This document shows positions 36,938-47,432 of a DNA stretch of 64,000 nucleotides, in pieces. The notes below the pieces were generated by a model that ran no database searches, was not told where the DNA came from, and saw nothing but the letters and a program-made list of their open reading frames with translations. This DNA comes from a virus, in the IMG/VR virus record IMGVR_UViG_3300029309_000005, positions 1 through 64,000 of that record, one strand, 5' to 3'. Position numbers and translations under genes: made by a program. The first letter of the stretch is position 1, and each line of letters starts with the position of its first letter.

Positions 36938-38477
36938 CAATCCTAGAGAACCCCTTATTTGGACTCCACGAACTCAAGAAATGATGGGAGGTTTCAATCC
37001 ACGTGAAGTTTTAGACCATGACATTAACCCTAATGAGGATAGTGATGGTCTTTCACATCATGGTCGTGAAACTCCAGAGGATGGTCGTAGTCGTGATCAA
37101 GCAGACCCTAAAAAGCGAAGGGAGAGAGCGTTAAGTGAATTGGCTGCAAAAATACCTCACGTTAGTATCAAACCACAGAAGATTGATGATGTATTAGGAA
37201 GATCACCACAGTTTGAACAGGAACAGACTATGCTTGAAGCAGGTATTGGACTTGATTTGAACAGAAATGGAATTGGTTTATCGAATGGAATGAATGCTGG
37301 TTCTGTTAGAACAGAGGGGCCGAATGTCAGATACGGTATGAGTAATACTCTAGTTCCAGCGATGTTAGGTAAAGCAGAAGAAGGAGGCTCGCCTGAACTT
37401 CCTACATGTAAAAACTGTGGTTATAAAATGGGAATCGCTAGATATGCAAGAGGAAAGGAATTATGCGTTGTGTGCGATCCAGAAATTCAAGACAAAGTTG
37501 AGGCAAAGGTTAGGAGAAATTTAGTTCCTAAACCTGTGCGTGAAATAGATTTTAACCCCGACCCAAATGAGCAATACGACCCAAGGTTTGGTGACACATC
37601 TAAATATCCAGAATTTACTGCAAGTGAGGACTCATTTACTTACGCTTGGGATAGCGTTCTAAAAGCAAAAAGGCGTTACAAAGGTCGTAGGATGTATGAT
37701 GAGGAAGAATCCGATGAGGATGAGCGTAAATCAAAGGCCAAACGAAAGAGGTCAAAAAGACGCAAAGGTAAGACTCAGAAGAAGGGCGCACGTGGGGGTC
37801 GTCAAATAAAGTCAGCATCTAAAAGGAGGGCGAGTAGTGTTGCTTTAGATGTTGATCGTGGTTCAAAAAGACAAGCATTCCACCCTAATATCCATAGTGA
37901 AGCAGTTAGAAGAATAGGGTCTGGTCGAAATGAAGCGATACCTTTGCGGTTACGTGACCCCGTTGCATGGGAACGCAAAAAAGCAAATGAGAGAATGAGA
38001 AGGCAAGTTGGTTCAGTTCCGAGGGCTTTAAGATTATCACATCACGCAGACACTAGAGGCATGGGAACAAAAGGCCGTTCAATACTTGGAGGCACTATTG
38101 GAACCGGCACTAGAATGCCCTCAGTGAGTAGAATGGGAACATCAACATCTAAATTTTCAAGAGGTGCAGTTGGTGATCCTTTAGGCATTAACGACCCGTT
38201 AGTTGCTAAAATGAATCTCCTTTCCAAATCAAAACCTAACATTTCAAGGTCTGAGTTTATGGCTATGAAGCGTAAGATTGAGAAATTACTTCAACGGCTT
38301 AACAAATTGACAAAGGCTACCCCTGAATTAGATAATGCAGGAAAAGTAGGTGCGGTTGTTAGCGGTCATGAATCGTCTGCACCAACTGGTGCAACAAAAA
38401 CAAATGAGGAAGAAAAAGCATTCCGTTTTGTTGATATGGCTTTAGCACAGGAGATGGGTCTTATAGGCAAGAAGTGA
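36927..38477 (+). CDS. putative internal virion protein with internal leader motif and very basic segment
   Basis: ASEDSFTYAWDSVLK|AKRRYKGRR...KRKRSKRRKGK; Zn ribbon CKNC...CVVC. Confidence 0.6.
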   Translation: MVVSNPREPLIWTPRTQEMMGGFNPREVLDHDINPNEDSDGLSHHGRETPEDGRSRDQADPKKRRERALSELAAKIPHVSIKPQKIDDVLGRSPQFEQEQTMLEAGIGLDLNRNGIGLSNGMNAGSVRTEGPNVRYGMSNTLVPAMLGKAEEGGSPELPTCKNCGYKMGIARYARGKELCVVCDPEIQDKVEAKVRRNLVPKPVREIDFNPDPNEQYDPRFGDTSKYPEFTASEDSFTYAWDSVLKAKRRYKGRRMYDEEESDEDERKSKAKRKRSKRRKGKTQKKGARGGRQIKSASKRRASSVALDVDRGSKRQAFHPNIHSEAVRRIGSGRNEAIPLRLRDPVAWERKKANERMRRQVGSVPRALRLSHHADTRGMGTKGRSILGGTIGTGTRMPSVSRMGTSTSKFSRGAVGDPLGINDPLVAKMNLLSKSKPNISRSEFMAMKRKIEKLLQRLNKLTKATPELDNAGKVGAVVSGHESSAPTGATKTNEEEKAFRFVDMALAQEMGLIGKK

Positions 38478-40330
38478 TTGTCATGCCGTTGATTGTTTTA
38501 GAAAACTATCTGATTCGTAAAGGGCATGGTGTTTTCAATATACATGACTACATCAATGCTTTTCTAGGTAGTAATAATGTTGAAGAAGGTTATGCGTCTT
38601 TAATTAACTCGCATCACGATCTCAACCATGATAGTTTTGCAGGTGTTGAAGCAGACGCTGTTAAACTTGCATTTGATTTACATTTAGGAGGGCTGACAGA
38701 TCAAGATAGAGATATTCTAAATGCTGGAGAGGCAGCAAATCCTACTCTGTGGCATCAAACTTTTCAAAAAGCGGTCAATGCAGGTGCAGAGGAAATCAAT
38801 AATTCTATCAAAAGACAGAACATGATTAATGCTGAAAGATCTGCACAAAGCGGAATTCCAACAAGGCAAATACCGTTGGCTTTTGAAAAAGATATGGGAA
38901 ATTATGTTGCAGTAGCCGCTTGGAGAACTCCAGTTTTAGGTAGAAAAGGCGAAGGAGATTTCAACAGTCAAGGTGCTTTGATTACTCAATATGTCAGTAA
39001 ATTGAATGGTAAGCCGGAAGCATATGCAAGGCCATATCATAACGGCTTAACAGCATTGAGGCGTGAAAGAGCAGAGCAGATGGGTATTGATTTGAAAGGA
39101 GTTCCAAAAGCATCCGATGAAATTAAACCTGGGCTATTACACGGAGATACAATCTATATTCGAGATAATAATTTAAGGTCTAAGTTTGCTTTGACTGTTC
39201 AAGGAATAAAACAAAGATACCCAAATGCTAATCCTGAAATGCTTCAAGGTATGGCTTTACAAGCATTGAGAAATCTACCGGAGTTTAACCAGTTTGCGGG
39301 TAATTCTCATAGCGATGGGTTACAAATAGGAAACTTCTCAGATGCGGCAATGGAGGCTAGAGCCACTGATGAAAGATTCAATCAAGCAGATTCTTATGGT
39401 AATTTAATGAACTTTATTCACCCCAATATGAGAAACCATGCTATCAACAACACAACTGGGCATTCGTATTATCACAATGAGAATCCAAGCAAAAAAATGC
39501 TTTCAATGTATGAGGAACACTACGGGTGGGATGAAGAAACATCAAGGCGAGTTCATGAAAATGCTTATTCTGGAAAATATGACGGTGTGGGAATGAATCG
39601 TGCTGAAAAATTGATGGCTGCAAAGCGAGATGAATTGATGGCTGGCGGAAAGCCCCCTGAGTGGGCTGGAGAGGCAATTATGCCTAGAGACTCAGCGATA
39701 ACATCCCCAGTCGAGCCAGCAGAGCCTTTGGCTCAGGATAGTCCAACTCCTGCACCGTTAGCAGCCCCTCCCCCTCCTACTACTCCTATTCAAGAGGCTG
39801 TATCATTACCCCCTCCTGTTCCTGTTCGTGCAGATCCACCGCCACCTCCGCCCAACCCAAGTGTAACAGGTGCGATTCCGGTTCCGGTTGCAGAAAAACC
39901 GCCTCCGCCCCCTATGCAGACCCTAAACACTTATCCCTCAAATGTTCCTCCCTCTCAAAATACGGGGCGAGGCTTTTTGGATAACCTAATGACTAGACTT
40001 GGTTATGCGTATGAAACATTATTCCCTAGTTATCGCAAATCTGAAGATGCTGAAGCATCAGATGTATTGAAGGAAATGCTTGAAAATGTTCAGTTAGAAC
40101 TCGCTAAGTCAGCACTCCCTTACTCTCCACTATATCAACCAAATAGTGTTAGAAAATCATCATCCATTGCTTCGATAAATGATGTATCAATGGTCGCTCA
40201 AAGAATGAATAGACCAAACTCTGATATAATTTCCATATTCCATAGCCGAGGCGATTGGGAGAGTATAGCGAAATCTTTTGGATTGACACATCAAGACGTG
40301 CAGTATGTGAAGGTGATTTTTAATGAGTGA
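38474..40330 (+). CDS. large protein with Pro-rich linker, putative internal head protein
   Basis: 618 aa; PPPP tracts; possible K|S sites (YRK|SE, LAK|SA, VRK|SS). Confidence 0.6.
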   Translation: MIVMPLIVLENYLIRKGHGVFNIHDYINAFLGSNNVEEGYASLINSHHDLNHDSFAGVEADAVKLAFDLHLGGLTDQDRDILNAGEAANPTLWHQTFQKAVNAGAEEINNSIKRQNMINAERSAQSGIPTRQIPLAFEKDMGNYVAVAAWRTPVLGRKGEGDFNSQGALITQYVSKLNGKPEAYARPYHNGLTALRRERAEQMGIDLKGVPKASDEIKPGLLHGDTIYIRDNNLRSKFALTVQGIKQRYPNANPEMLQGMALQALRNLPEFNQFAGNSHSDGLQIGNFSDAAMEARATDERFNQADSYGNLMNFIHPNMRNHAINNTTGHSYYHNENPSKKMLSMYEEHYGWDEETSRRVHENAYSGKYDGVGMNRAEKLMAAKRDELMAGGKPPEWAGEAIMPRDSAITSPVEPAEPLAQDSPTPAPLAAPPPPTTPIQEAVSLPPPVPVRADPPPPPPNPSVTGAIPVPVAEKPPPPPMQTLNTYPSNVPPSQNTGRGFLDNLMTRLGYAYETLFPSYRKSEDAEASDVLKEMLENVQLELAKSALPYSPLYQPNSVRKSSSIASINDVSMVAQRMNRPNSDIISIFHSRGDWESIAKSFGLTHQDVQYVKVIFNE

Positions 40331-41276
40331 TGATTTAGTATTGAGAGCAAGATTAGTTCAGCAAGGATATTCGGATGATGATATTGTCAAAGTCTTAGGT
40401 ATGTCACAACTTCCAGGTGGCGGTATAACATCATACATTCCAGGTGTTGGGGGAATGTTGCATCGGAAGAAAACTGGAATGTCAAAGGATGAATACAACA
40501 AACAAGTTGAAGCAGAAAAGGCTAGAAAGCAACAAATTGCGAGAAACAGAACAACTGATGCAATTCAATCGAAAGGTGGCATTAACGTATTGAGTTCAGA
40601 AGCACCGGCAATGGGGGGAACAGCAAATATAGGGGCTGGCAAGCAAACATTTACAGAAATCGGACAACAACAGGTCGAGGCAAATGCACCAGCAGCACCA
40701 ACACCGGCAGCACCAGCAGCAGCACCAGCAGCAGCACCAGCACCGGCAGCACCAGCACCGGCAGCACCAGCACCGGCAGCACCAGCACCGGCAGCACCAG
40801 AACCAGCAGCAGCAGCACCAGCACCAGCAACTATGGATGAGAAAGTGCAACAAACAAATCAACAAATGAATCAACAAATGCCACAAGCAGCAACAGTAAA
40901 CCCTCAAATTCAATCAATGGCTCAACAATTCCAAGCAGGACAGGATATGCAAACTCTCCAACAAGGAAAAGGTGCAAATCAACAAACTTATCTTCAAAAT
41001 CGTTCTGGTGCAGGAAAATTGGCAGATGCTCTAACTTTTGGTTTGACTAGAAATATTGGTAGCACAGGTGGAACAGCAAGACGTAGGGCAAACGAACAAT
41101 CAGCACAGCAAACTAAAAATTACCAATCAGCACAGAATCGTATGAATCAAAGAGCAATGGGGATGGCCCCTGTAATGACTTCTTTAGATTCTAAATTATC
41201 TGCTTATGCTGATATGCTTTCTATCAAAAAAGGTGTTCAAGAGCAAAACACTACTGTTAATCTAAGAAGGAGATGA
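40323..41276 (+). CDS. Ala/Pro/Gln-rich low-complexity protein
   Basis: 317 aa, PAAPA repeats. Confidence 0.65.
   Translation: MSDDLVLRARLVQQGYSDDDIVKVLGMSQLPGGGITSYIPGVGGMLHRKKTGMSKDEYNKQVEAEKARKQQIARNRTTDAIQSKGGINVLSSEAPAMGGTANIGAGKQTFTEIGQQQVEANAPAAPTPAAPAAAPAAAPAPAAPAPAAPAPAAPAPAAPEPAAAAPAPATMDEKVQQTNQQMNQQMPQAATVNPQIQSMAQQFQAGQDMQTLQQGKGANQQTYLQNRSGAGKLADALTFGLTRNIGSTGGTARRRANEQSAQQTKNYQSAQNRMNQRAMGMAPVMTSLDSKLSAYADMLSIKKGVQEQNTTVNLRRR
40686..40829 (+). repeat. coding microsatellite-like GCACCAGCA/GCACCGGCA repeat (PAAPA)
   Basis: Seen directly in sequence. Confidence 0.9.
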
Positions 41277-41280
41277 TAAC

Positions 41281-42579
41281 TTGTCTGAGCGTAATGCAGC
41301 AATTGATTTTATTTACAATAAAGCATTTCGAGATGGCCGTAGGCAAAAGGCCCAACAAAGATTTCAGAGGGGAAATGAGCGTTTAGCCTCCACGCTTGCA
41401 CCTATGGGGGCAAATGTAAGGACATTCATTCCTGAAGTTGCTTCTGCGCCTCCAAGCACCAATCCATCGGATTCACCTAATAACTTTGCTGATGACGTTA
41501 CTACGGAGGATGATGAATCGACCCTTTTTGATGAAAGCCGAGCGTTAGCGGAACCGAAACAGGTTCCTATGTTACCAGCCCCTGGCGAATCATCACATGT
41601 TAGTAATCAACCAGTGGAGGAAACTGCTTCCTCTCCCCCAAATTACGATGATCCATTGAATGATATAATTGATTCTAATATGATAGATCCTGCTGGATTT
41701 GGGCAAGGCCCACCGCCCCCTCCAAAACTTAATGATGATACAACAAGCCAAGATTCATCTGGCGTGATGGATAAAAAAGAATATAATGCGAAATTAAATG
41801 CAAAATACGATGAATTAGTAGAAAATGTGAAACAAAAAATGCGGAATAAAATAATCGGTCTAAGAGAAGGCACACAGATGTTAGCAGACTTGATGGACTC
41901 ACGCAAAGCCAATATTCTAGCACCTACATTACCTGATATAAAGGATTTGCCAGTAGGCAGAGAAATACCGCCTCCAATGGAACTGCCACCAGTAAAGAAT
42001 GTTGGTGAAAGGACTCCATCAGGAGAACCTGTCAAGCCGGTAGAAGAACCTGCTGAACCTGCTGAACCTGCTGAACCTGCTGAACCTGCTGAACCTGCTG
42101 AACCTGTTGAACCTGTTGATGAATCGTTTGAAACAGCGTATGAGGAAATGACTAAACCGGAAGAAACACCAAAACCAAAAACACCAAAACCAGATCCAAA
42201 GGTTGCTAAAGTAGCATCAAAAGCAATCAAACCTAAAACTGAATCTGATACAGAAGTTCCTTATTCCGAATACAGTAAGGCTATACAAGGGGCTATGAGA
42301 GGAAATGAAAAATCATTAGAATGGATAAAAAAACATCCAGATGCAGTTAAACAATATTCTGGTAATGACGGATTGCCTAAAAGAATCTTAGACTATCTTG
42401 GACTCAAAGGTGCAATGGCTATGCGTGATAATACAGCAAAGAAAAAGAAAAAAACGATTACATCTCCCAAAAAGAAGGCTACATCAAAGGGCAAAAAAAA
42501 GTTAGAGGCTGCTGCTAAAAAACTTGATAATGATGCAGAAGCAGCAATGAGTGGCAAAGCACCTAATAAGAAAGAGTAG
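41281..42579 (+). CDS. disordered Pro/Glu/Lys-rich protein
   Basis: 432 aa; EPA repeat; Lys-rich C-terminus. Confidence 0.65.
   Translation: MSERNAAIDFIYNKAFRDGRRQKAQQRFQRGNERLASTLAPMGANVRTFIPEVASAPPSTNPSDSPNNFADDVTTEDDESTLFDESRALAEPKQVPMLPAPGESSHVSNQPVEETASSPPNYDDPLNDIIDSNMIDPAGFGQGPPPPPKLNDDTTSQDSSGVMDKKEYNAKLNAKYDELVENVKQKMRNKIIGLREGTQMLADLMDSRKANILAPTLPDIKDLPVGREIPPPMELPPVKNVGERTPSGEPVKPVEEPAEPAEPAEPAEPAEPAEPVEPVDESFETAYEEMTKPEETPKPKTPKPDPKVAKVASKAIKPKTESDTEVPYSEYSKAIQGAMRGNEKSLEWIKKHPDAVKQYSGNDGLPKRILDYLGLKGAMAMRDNTAKKKKKTITSPKKKATSKGKKKLEAAAKKLDNDAEAAMSGKAPNKKE
42046..42117 (+). repeat. 9-nt tandem repeat GAACCTGCT x6 plus GAACCTGTT x2
   Basis: Encodes (EPA)6(EPV)2. Confidence 0.92.
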
Positions 42580-42588
42580 GTGTAAATT

Positions 42589-44025
42589 ATGTCAGACGCT
42601 TTACAAAAATTGGCAGCCAATGTTGATTTTGAAATGGGGCGTAGAGATTTCAAATACTTTTTTGAAGAAATATGTGGCAAATTCGATGAAAAGAATCCTT
42701 GGATTTTGACAAAATTTCATCAAGAATGGTTTGATTTATCTGAAAACAACAACAAGACTTGTATCGTAGCCAGTCGTGATCACGGCAAATCTGTATTCTA
42801 TCGTGTGTATCTACTATGGAAAATGGCATATAATCCTGGCACAGAAGTCTTATTTTTCTCTCATAGTCAGCACCAGTCAATTGAACACATGGCTAAGATG
42901 AATGAATTGATTGAATCAATACCTGCATTGCAGCATCTTAAACCAAAAAGAGGTTGGGCAAAGCAGAAGTTCAAGTTCACAAATAAGTCATCAATATCTG
43001 CTATGTCTGTTGGTAAAGCGGTTCGTGGCGCACACCCTCAAATTGTAGTGCTTGACGATATTCTATCTAGCGAAGCGCAAACACAGTTAAAGCATATTTC
43101 ATCTTGGTTCTATACTGCATTATTGCCAGTTCTTCACCATACAGCACAATTATGTATTGTTGGAACACCATTTTCATATACTGATTTGTATTCAGAATTA
43201 AAAAAACTAAAATCGTATGCTGTTAGAGAATACCCTGCAATTAATGAGCAAACAGGAGAACCATTATTCCCTGAACGCTGGTCTTTGGATGCACTGAATA
43301 ATAGAAGAAATGATATGACATCCATAGCATTTACTAGGGAATATTTGTGTAAGCCGATTGCTAGTGAAGCAAGTTTGTTTCCAGAAGAAGTTCTTGAAAA
43401 AGTTAAAGATGAACACTTGTCATTATCTTATTATCCTCATGACGGTGAATCATACAATTACTACATAGGATGGGATCCTGCAATTTCAGCAGACCGGAGA
43501 GCAGATTATACCTGTATGATGGTGATTGCAGTTGATGAAAATAAAAACAAACATGTTATTCATACACATCATGAAAAAGGAATGGACTTTTCATCACAAA
43601 TAGATAAAATCATAGAATTGAATGCTAGATTTAATCCAGTAATTATTGAATTAGAGACAAATAACTTTGCTGTGGCATTCAATCAAGTTCTAAATGAGAT
43701 TAGCGATCTTCCAATAAAACCATTCAATATGAGCCGAATGAAGAAAGAGGCTTTAATTCATACCCTCCAACTGCAATTTGAACAGGGCAAACTAACTTTA
43801 CCTTACAAAGATGAAGGAGGCACAAGAAGATTGATGAATACTCTATTAACCGAACTCTCTACGTTCACTATGCTGGATAACGGTAGAATGGAGAGTCTAG
43901 GCGGTCACGATGACATGGTTATGGCTCTTGCTCTAAGTGTTCAAGCAACAAAGGAGTATCGTGATAACATCGTTATACTAGATGCTGACATATGGCAGAA
44001 TAGACTAGGGTGGGCAAATGTCTGA
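42589..44025 (+). CDS. terL: terminase large subunit
   Basis: Walker A ASRDHGKS, RGAHP..VVLDD (Walker B), VGTP, FTREY, GWDPA, ELETNNF, HDDMVMALAL. Confidence 0.93.
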   Translation: MSDALQKLAANVDFEMGRRDFKYFFEEICGKFDEKNPWILTKFHQEWFDLSENNNKTCIVASRDHGKSVFYRVYLLWKMAYNPGTEVLFFSHSQHQSIEHMAKMNELIESIPALQHLKPKRGWAKQKFKFTNKSSISAMSVGKAVRGAHPQIVVLDDILSSEAQTQLKHISSWFYTALLPVLHHTAQLCIVGTPFSYTDLYSELKKLKSYAVREYPAINEQTGEPLFPERWSLDALNNRRNDMTSIAFTREYLCKPIASEASLFPEEVLEKVKDEHLSLSYYPHDGESYNYYIGWDPAISADRRADYTCMMVIAVDENKNKHVIHTHHEKGMDFSSQIDKIIELNARFNPVIIELETNNFAVAFNQVLNEISDLPIKPFNMSRMKKEALIHTLQLQFEQGKLTLPYKDEGGTRRLMNTLLTELSTFTMLDNGRMESLGGHDDMVMALALSVQATKEYRDNIVILDADIWQNRLGWANV

Positions 44026-45253
44026 AAGAATAGAGGGAGTTTTAGGTGTTGAGTCGCCCACTGATGTTATACTCAAAATTTTGGATGAACAACTCATTGA
44101 TGCGGAATTGAAAAACAATGCTCAAGAAAGAAAACTTCTCGAAACTCAGAAAAAAGTTGCTGCAAAAAAAGGCAAATCGACAGGCGAATCACGTGAAGGT
44201 GCTAGTATAGATGGATTAGATGCAGACAATCGAGGTGGAGGTGATGTTCAACCAGGAACTGCCGTTCAAACTCAAACATCCCCCATTCCAGTTACAAAGA
44301 CATGGTTTGTTGATAATTTTGGGATGCAAGGATCTGAAATGGTTGATTTATTTATGAAATCTGACAAAAGTGAAATTGTTTCAATTATAGAACCGTTGAT
44401 TATTCAAGAAAGAATTGCTTTATTGAAATCATTTCCTTCAGTTTCTCCCGATCTTGTTACTAAAATCCCATTTACTGATTTTGATTGGCAGATGTTACAA
44501 AAAAATGTATCATCATTGGAAATACCATTTAGAAGATTTGTGAAAAGTTGGAGTGATGGAAATGATTCTGCGTATGATGTTTGGCACAATCGCATTACAA
44601 AGGAACAAAGATTAAGTTTGCCAGAAAGAAAAATATTACAAAAAGCACATGATGTTTTAGAATCTCATGGTAGCATGAATACTCAATCGTTACAGTCGCA
44701 TGGCGTTAATGGTAGCACTACTAAAATTGCCATGTTAATAAAATCACATGGATTTTTGTATGATATTAAGCCACAGGGTAGCGGCTCAAAAAATACAGAC
44801 AAAGGTTTGTTTTATGGGTTACAAAAGATGGATGTTTTCATAAAAGATGCTGGTGCTTTGATTGGCGGGTTATATGAGATGGGAGGGGAAATTGAAATCA
44901 GTTCACGTGGCATTCCAAGATTGGTTCTACCTTTTAGTTCTAACATTCGCAAAGAATATGCCAATGCACTGAATAATGAATTGGGTGTGCGAGGAATTAT
45001 AGCCGAAGGCAGGGGGCTAGTGATTGAAGGGGAGATTTCAGTCGCTAAATCAATTGAGTCTGCTTTACCATTTTTGCATGATAAGAAAGGAGAGATTGTT
45101 ATACTAAAGAAGTCACTAAAAGATGATACTGATGCTTTGCGGTGTTTAACATACTCACAATCTAAGCCTCAGAAACAAGTGTCTTTACTGAAAATGTGGA
45201 ACATGTCATTAGAATCATTTGAAACTATGAAACGAGGTGTGATTGATGGCTGA
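44018..45253 (+). CDS. protein with wHTH-like region and degenerate LAGLIDADG-like C-terminal domain
   Basis: ALIGGLYEMGGEIEIS...PRLVL...LNNELG...LVIEG...ALPFLHDKK resembles the LAGLIDADG fold without the catalytic acid. Confidence 0.45.
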   Translation: MSERIEGVLGVESPTDVILKILDEQLIDAELKNNAQERKLLETQKKVAAKKGKSTGESREGASIDGLDADNRGGGDVQPGTAVQTQTSPIPVTKTWFVDNFGMQGSEMVDLFMKSDKSEIVSIIEPLIIQERIALLKSFPSVSPDLVTKIPFTDFDWQMLQKNVSSLEIPFRRFVKSWSDGNDSAYDVWHNRITKEQRLSLPERKILQKAHDVLESHGSMNTQSLQSHGVNGSTTKIAMLIKSHGFLYDIKPQGSGSKNTDKGLFYGLQKMDVFIKDAGALIGGLYEMGGEIEISSRGIPRLVLPFSSNIRKEYANALNNELGVRGIIAEGRGLVIEGEISVAKSIESALPFLHDKKGEIVILKKSLKDDTDALRCLTYSQSKPQKQVSLLKMWNMSLESFETMKRGVIDG

Positions 45254-47054
45254 TAAAGAGCGATTAGAACGGCTCTTTTCTGCCATAGGTATAGACATGG
45301 AGAGGCATACTACTCCAATGCCAACTATGCCTTTGTTCCAGTCTGGAATACAAGAGCCTCCACTTTTACAAGGTATCACAATACCTGCCTTGTATGCTTG
45401 CACATTTGAGTGCGTAGTTTTGCGTTCTATTCTAAATCATTTAGCAGTTGAAACATTTCGTAAAGGGTATGGATGGAAACCAAAGTTTGTTGTAAAGTGT
45501 GTTGATTGTAATGAAGTATATCATCAAGAAGTTGATGCCTGTAAAAAGTGTGGCGGTGAAGTTCGTAAGGCAGACAAAGGCGAATTAGAATATGCTGAAA
45601 CTTTACTCGAAAGCAAAAATGGAATGATGCAAAACTTTGTTGAAATTATGAAAGAAATTGAAATGGACTTAAACATTGTTGATGATGCTTACATTGTTTT
45701 GACAAAAGAATACTTCGTTGATCCTGATAGCAAGAAGGTTATGTTTTATCGAATAAAAGAAATATCACGTGCAGACCCTATCTTTATGCGTATGCTTGCT
45801 GATAAAAGAGGGGTTCGTGGAGGTAGTCAATACACAAGTTTAGTTGATAGAACCTTCAGAACCAGTGACCCAAAAGATAAGTGTCCTACAACTGGTATGC
45901 CAGTAGTGCCAATACATTACATGAACCTAGCAGGTGTTGGTAAAGGTCAAGTATATACTGAAGGCGAAGTAATACACCTAAGTAAGTGGTCGCCATCTAA
46001 ACTGTATGGTCGTAGCCCAGTTGCTACGATGTGGAGGCAAGTGAACACTTTAATTGCTATGGATAACTATGTTTATTCTGCATATCAAAAGAAGCGTATG
46101 CCTAGAGGTGTAATGGTGATTAAATCATCCAATATGGAAACTGTTGAAAGAACTGCTAGAAATATACAGGAACACCTTGAGCGTGACCCATCTTACATTC
46201 CTACAATTGGTGTTGAAACTGAATCTGGTAGAGGCGGTCTTGAATATGTCCGTATGATGGACACACTAGAAGAATTACAATATATTCCAATCAAAGACGA
46301 TATTAGACAAAGAATTGCTGCATTCTTTGGCGTGTCAAATGTGTTTATGAATGATGTATCTGGAGGCGGTTTGAATAATGAAGGTATGCAGATTGTAGTT
46401 AGCAATCGTGCGGTTGCTTATGCTCAGTCTATTTACAATCGTATTTTATTCCCTCAACTTGTCGAAGCGTTTGAAATCAAAGAATGGGAATTGGTTTTGA
46501 ACCCGCATGAAGAAGAAGATGAAATCATGCAACTCAGGAGAGATGAAATGGCAATACGCAATATGATGCAGATGAAACAAGCAGGTTATGACGCATCATT
46601 GAGAGATGGTATTGATGATAAGATTCTGCACTTTGATTTCAAAGAACCTGATCCGCAGAAAGTGGCTGCTGCTGAAGCAGCACAGGCGGCTGCTGCTCAA
46701 CAACAGGGAGGTCAAGCCCCTGTTCAAAAAACGAATGAAATTGATGATGACCCAAGTATGATGTTCAAACGAACTACATTTGATTCAAGTCGGGGGTCTG
46801 TGCCTATTAATGCTTCATTGATAACTACTGTTGGCACTGATTTGCCACCGCTAAGAACTCAAAGTCAAAACACTAGAAGAAGCGGTGGCTCAAGTCCAGG
46901 TATGATTGATCGAGTCGAAGGTGCGCCTACTGGTGCAGATGTAAAAACCGATAAACGCAATTTGAAATCACCCGCAGAAAAAGCAATTGATGAAAATATA
47001 CGTCAAAAGGAAAAACGCAATGGTTTAGGCGAATCAAGGGGTAACAGTCAATAA
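45246..47054 (+). CDS. portal protein (with CxxC insert)
   Basis: Position after TerL; EVIH, LYGRSP, MPRGVM, IAAFFGVS motifs; CVDC...CKKC insert. Confidence 0.88.
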   Translation: MADKERLERLFSAIGIDMERHTTPMPTMPLFQSGIQEPPLLQGITIPALYACTFECVVLRSILNHLAVETFRKGYGWKPKFVVKCVDCNEVYHQEVDACKKCGGEVRKADKGELEYAETLLESKNGMMQNFVEIMKEIEMDLNIVDDAYIVLTKEYFVDPDSKKVMFYRIKEISRADPIFMRMLADKRGVRGGSQYTSLVDRTFRTSDPKDKCPTTGMPVVPIHYMNLAGVGKGQVYTEGEVIHLSKWSPSKLYGRSPVATMWRQVNTLIAMDNYVYSAYQKKRMPRGVMVIKSSNMETVERTARNIQEHLERDPSYIPTIGVETESGRGGLEYVRMMDTLEELQYIPIKDDIRQRIAAFFGVSNVFMNDVSGGGLNNEGMQIVVSNRAVAYAQSIYNRILFPQLVEAFEIKEWELVLNPHEEEDEIMQLRRDEMAIRNMMQMKQAGYDASLRDGIDDKILHFDFKEPDPQKVAAAEAAQAAAAQQQGGQAPVQKTNEIDDDPSMMFKRTTFDSSRGSVPINASLITTVGTDLPPLRTQSQNTRRSGGSSPGMIDRVEGAPTGADVKTDKRNLKSPAEKAIDENIRQKEKRNGLGESRGNSQ

Positions 47055-47084
47055 ATAGGAGATTATGCGAAAGGGTGAGCGAAG

Positions 47085-47432
47085 ATGTCTGAGCAATTTG
47101 AAATTATAGCGAAAATGGATCCGATGGCTAGAAGGGCATTGGCAGCAGTTGAGGCAATTGCTAAAGGCATTGCTGAAAATAATACCGACTCAATCTCTGC
47201 AAATATCATGGCGGCAGAGAACGCATTATCAATGTTAAAGTCTGATTTAGCACTTCACGACCAACTGCAAAAGGCACTAGCAAAGAGTCAACCAGCAGAG
47301 AAGTTTTTGGGTGTGATACCACAATATGATAACACCGCTTCAGATTACAATGGCACTGAAAACGCTGTTGCTATGGGTGTAAGCAGACATGGCCGTGACA
47401 CTGGATTCTTTACACCGCATAGGATTGTGTGA
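47085..47432 (+). CDS. hypothetical helical protein (head module)
   Basis: 115 aa; IAK|M, LAK|S. Confidence 0.6.
   Translation: MSEQFEIIAKMDPMARRALAAVEAIAKGIAENNTDSISANIMAAENALSMLKSDLALHDQLQKALAKSQPAEKFLGVIPQYDNTASDYNGTENAVAMGVSRHGRDTGFFTPHRIV

Noticed and set aside
40596-40913. Cys/Trp-rich minus-strand ORF and His/Gln-rich alternate-frame ORF
   Set aside because: Shadow translations of the PAAPA-coding repeat.
42589-44025. Intein or intron in terminase
   Set aside because: 478 aa is normal length with contiguous motifs; the LAGLIDADG-like region is in a separate downstream ORF.
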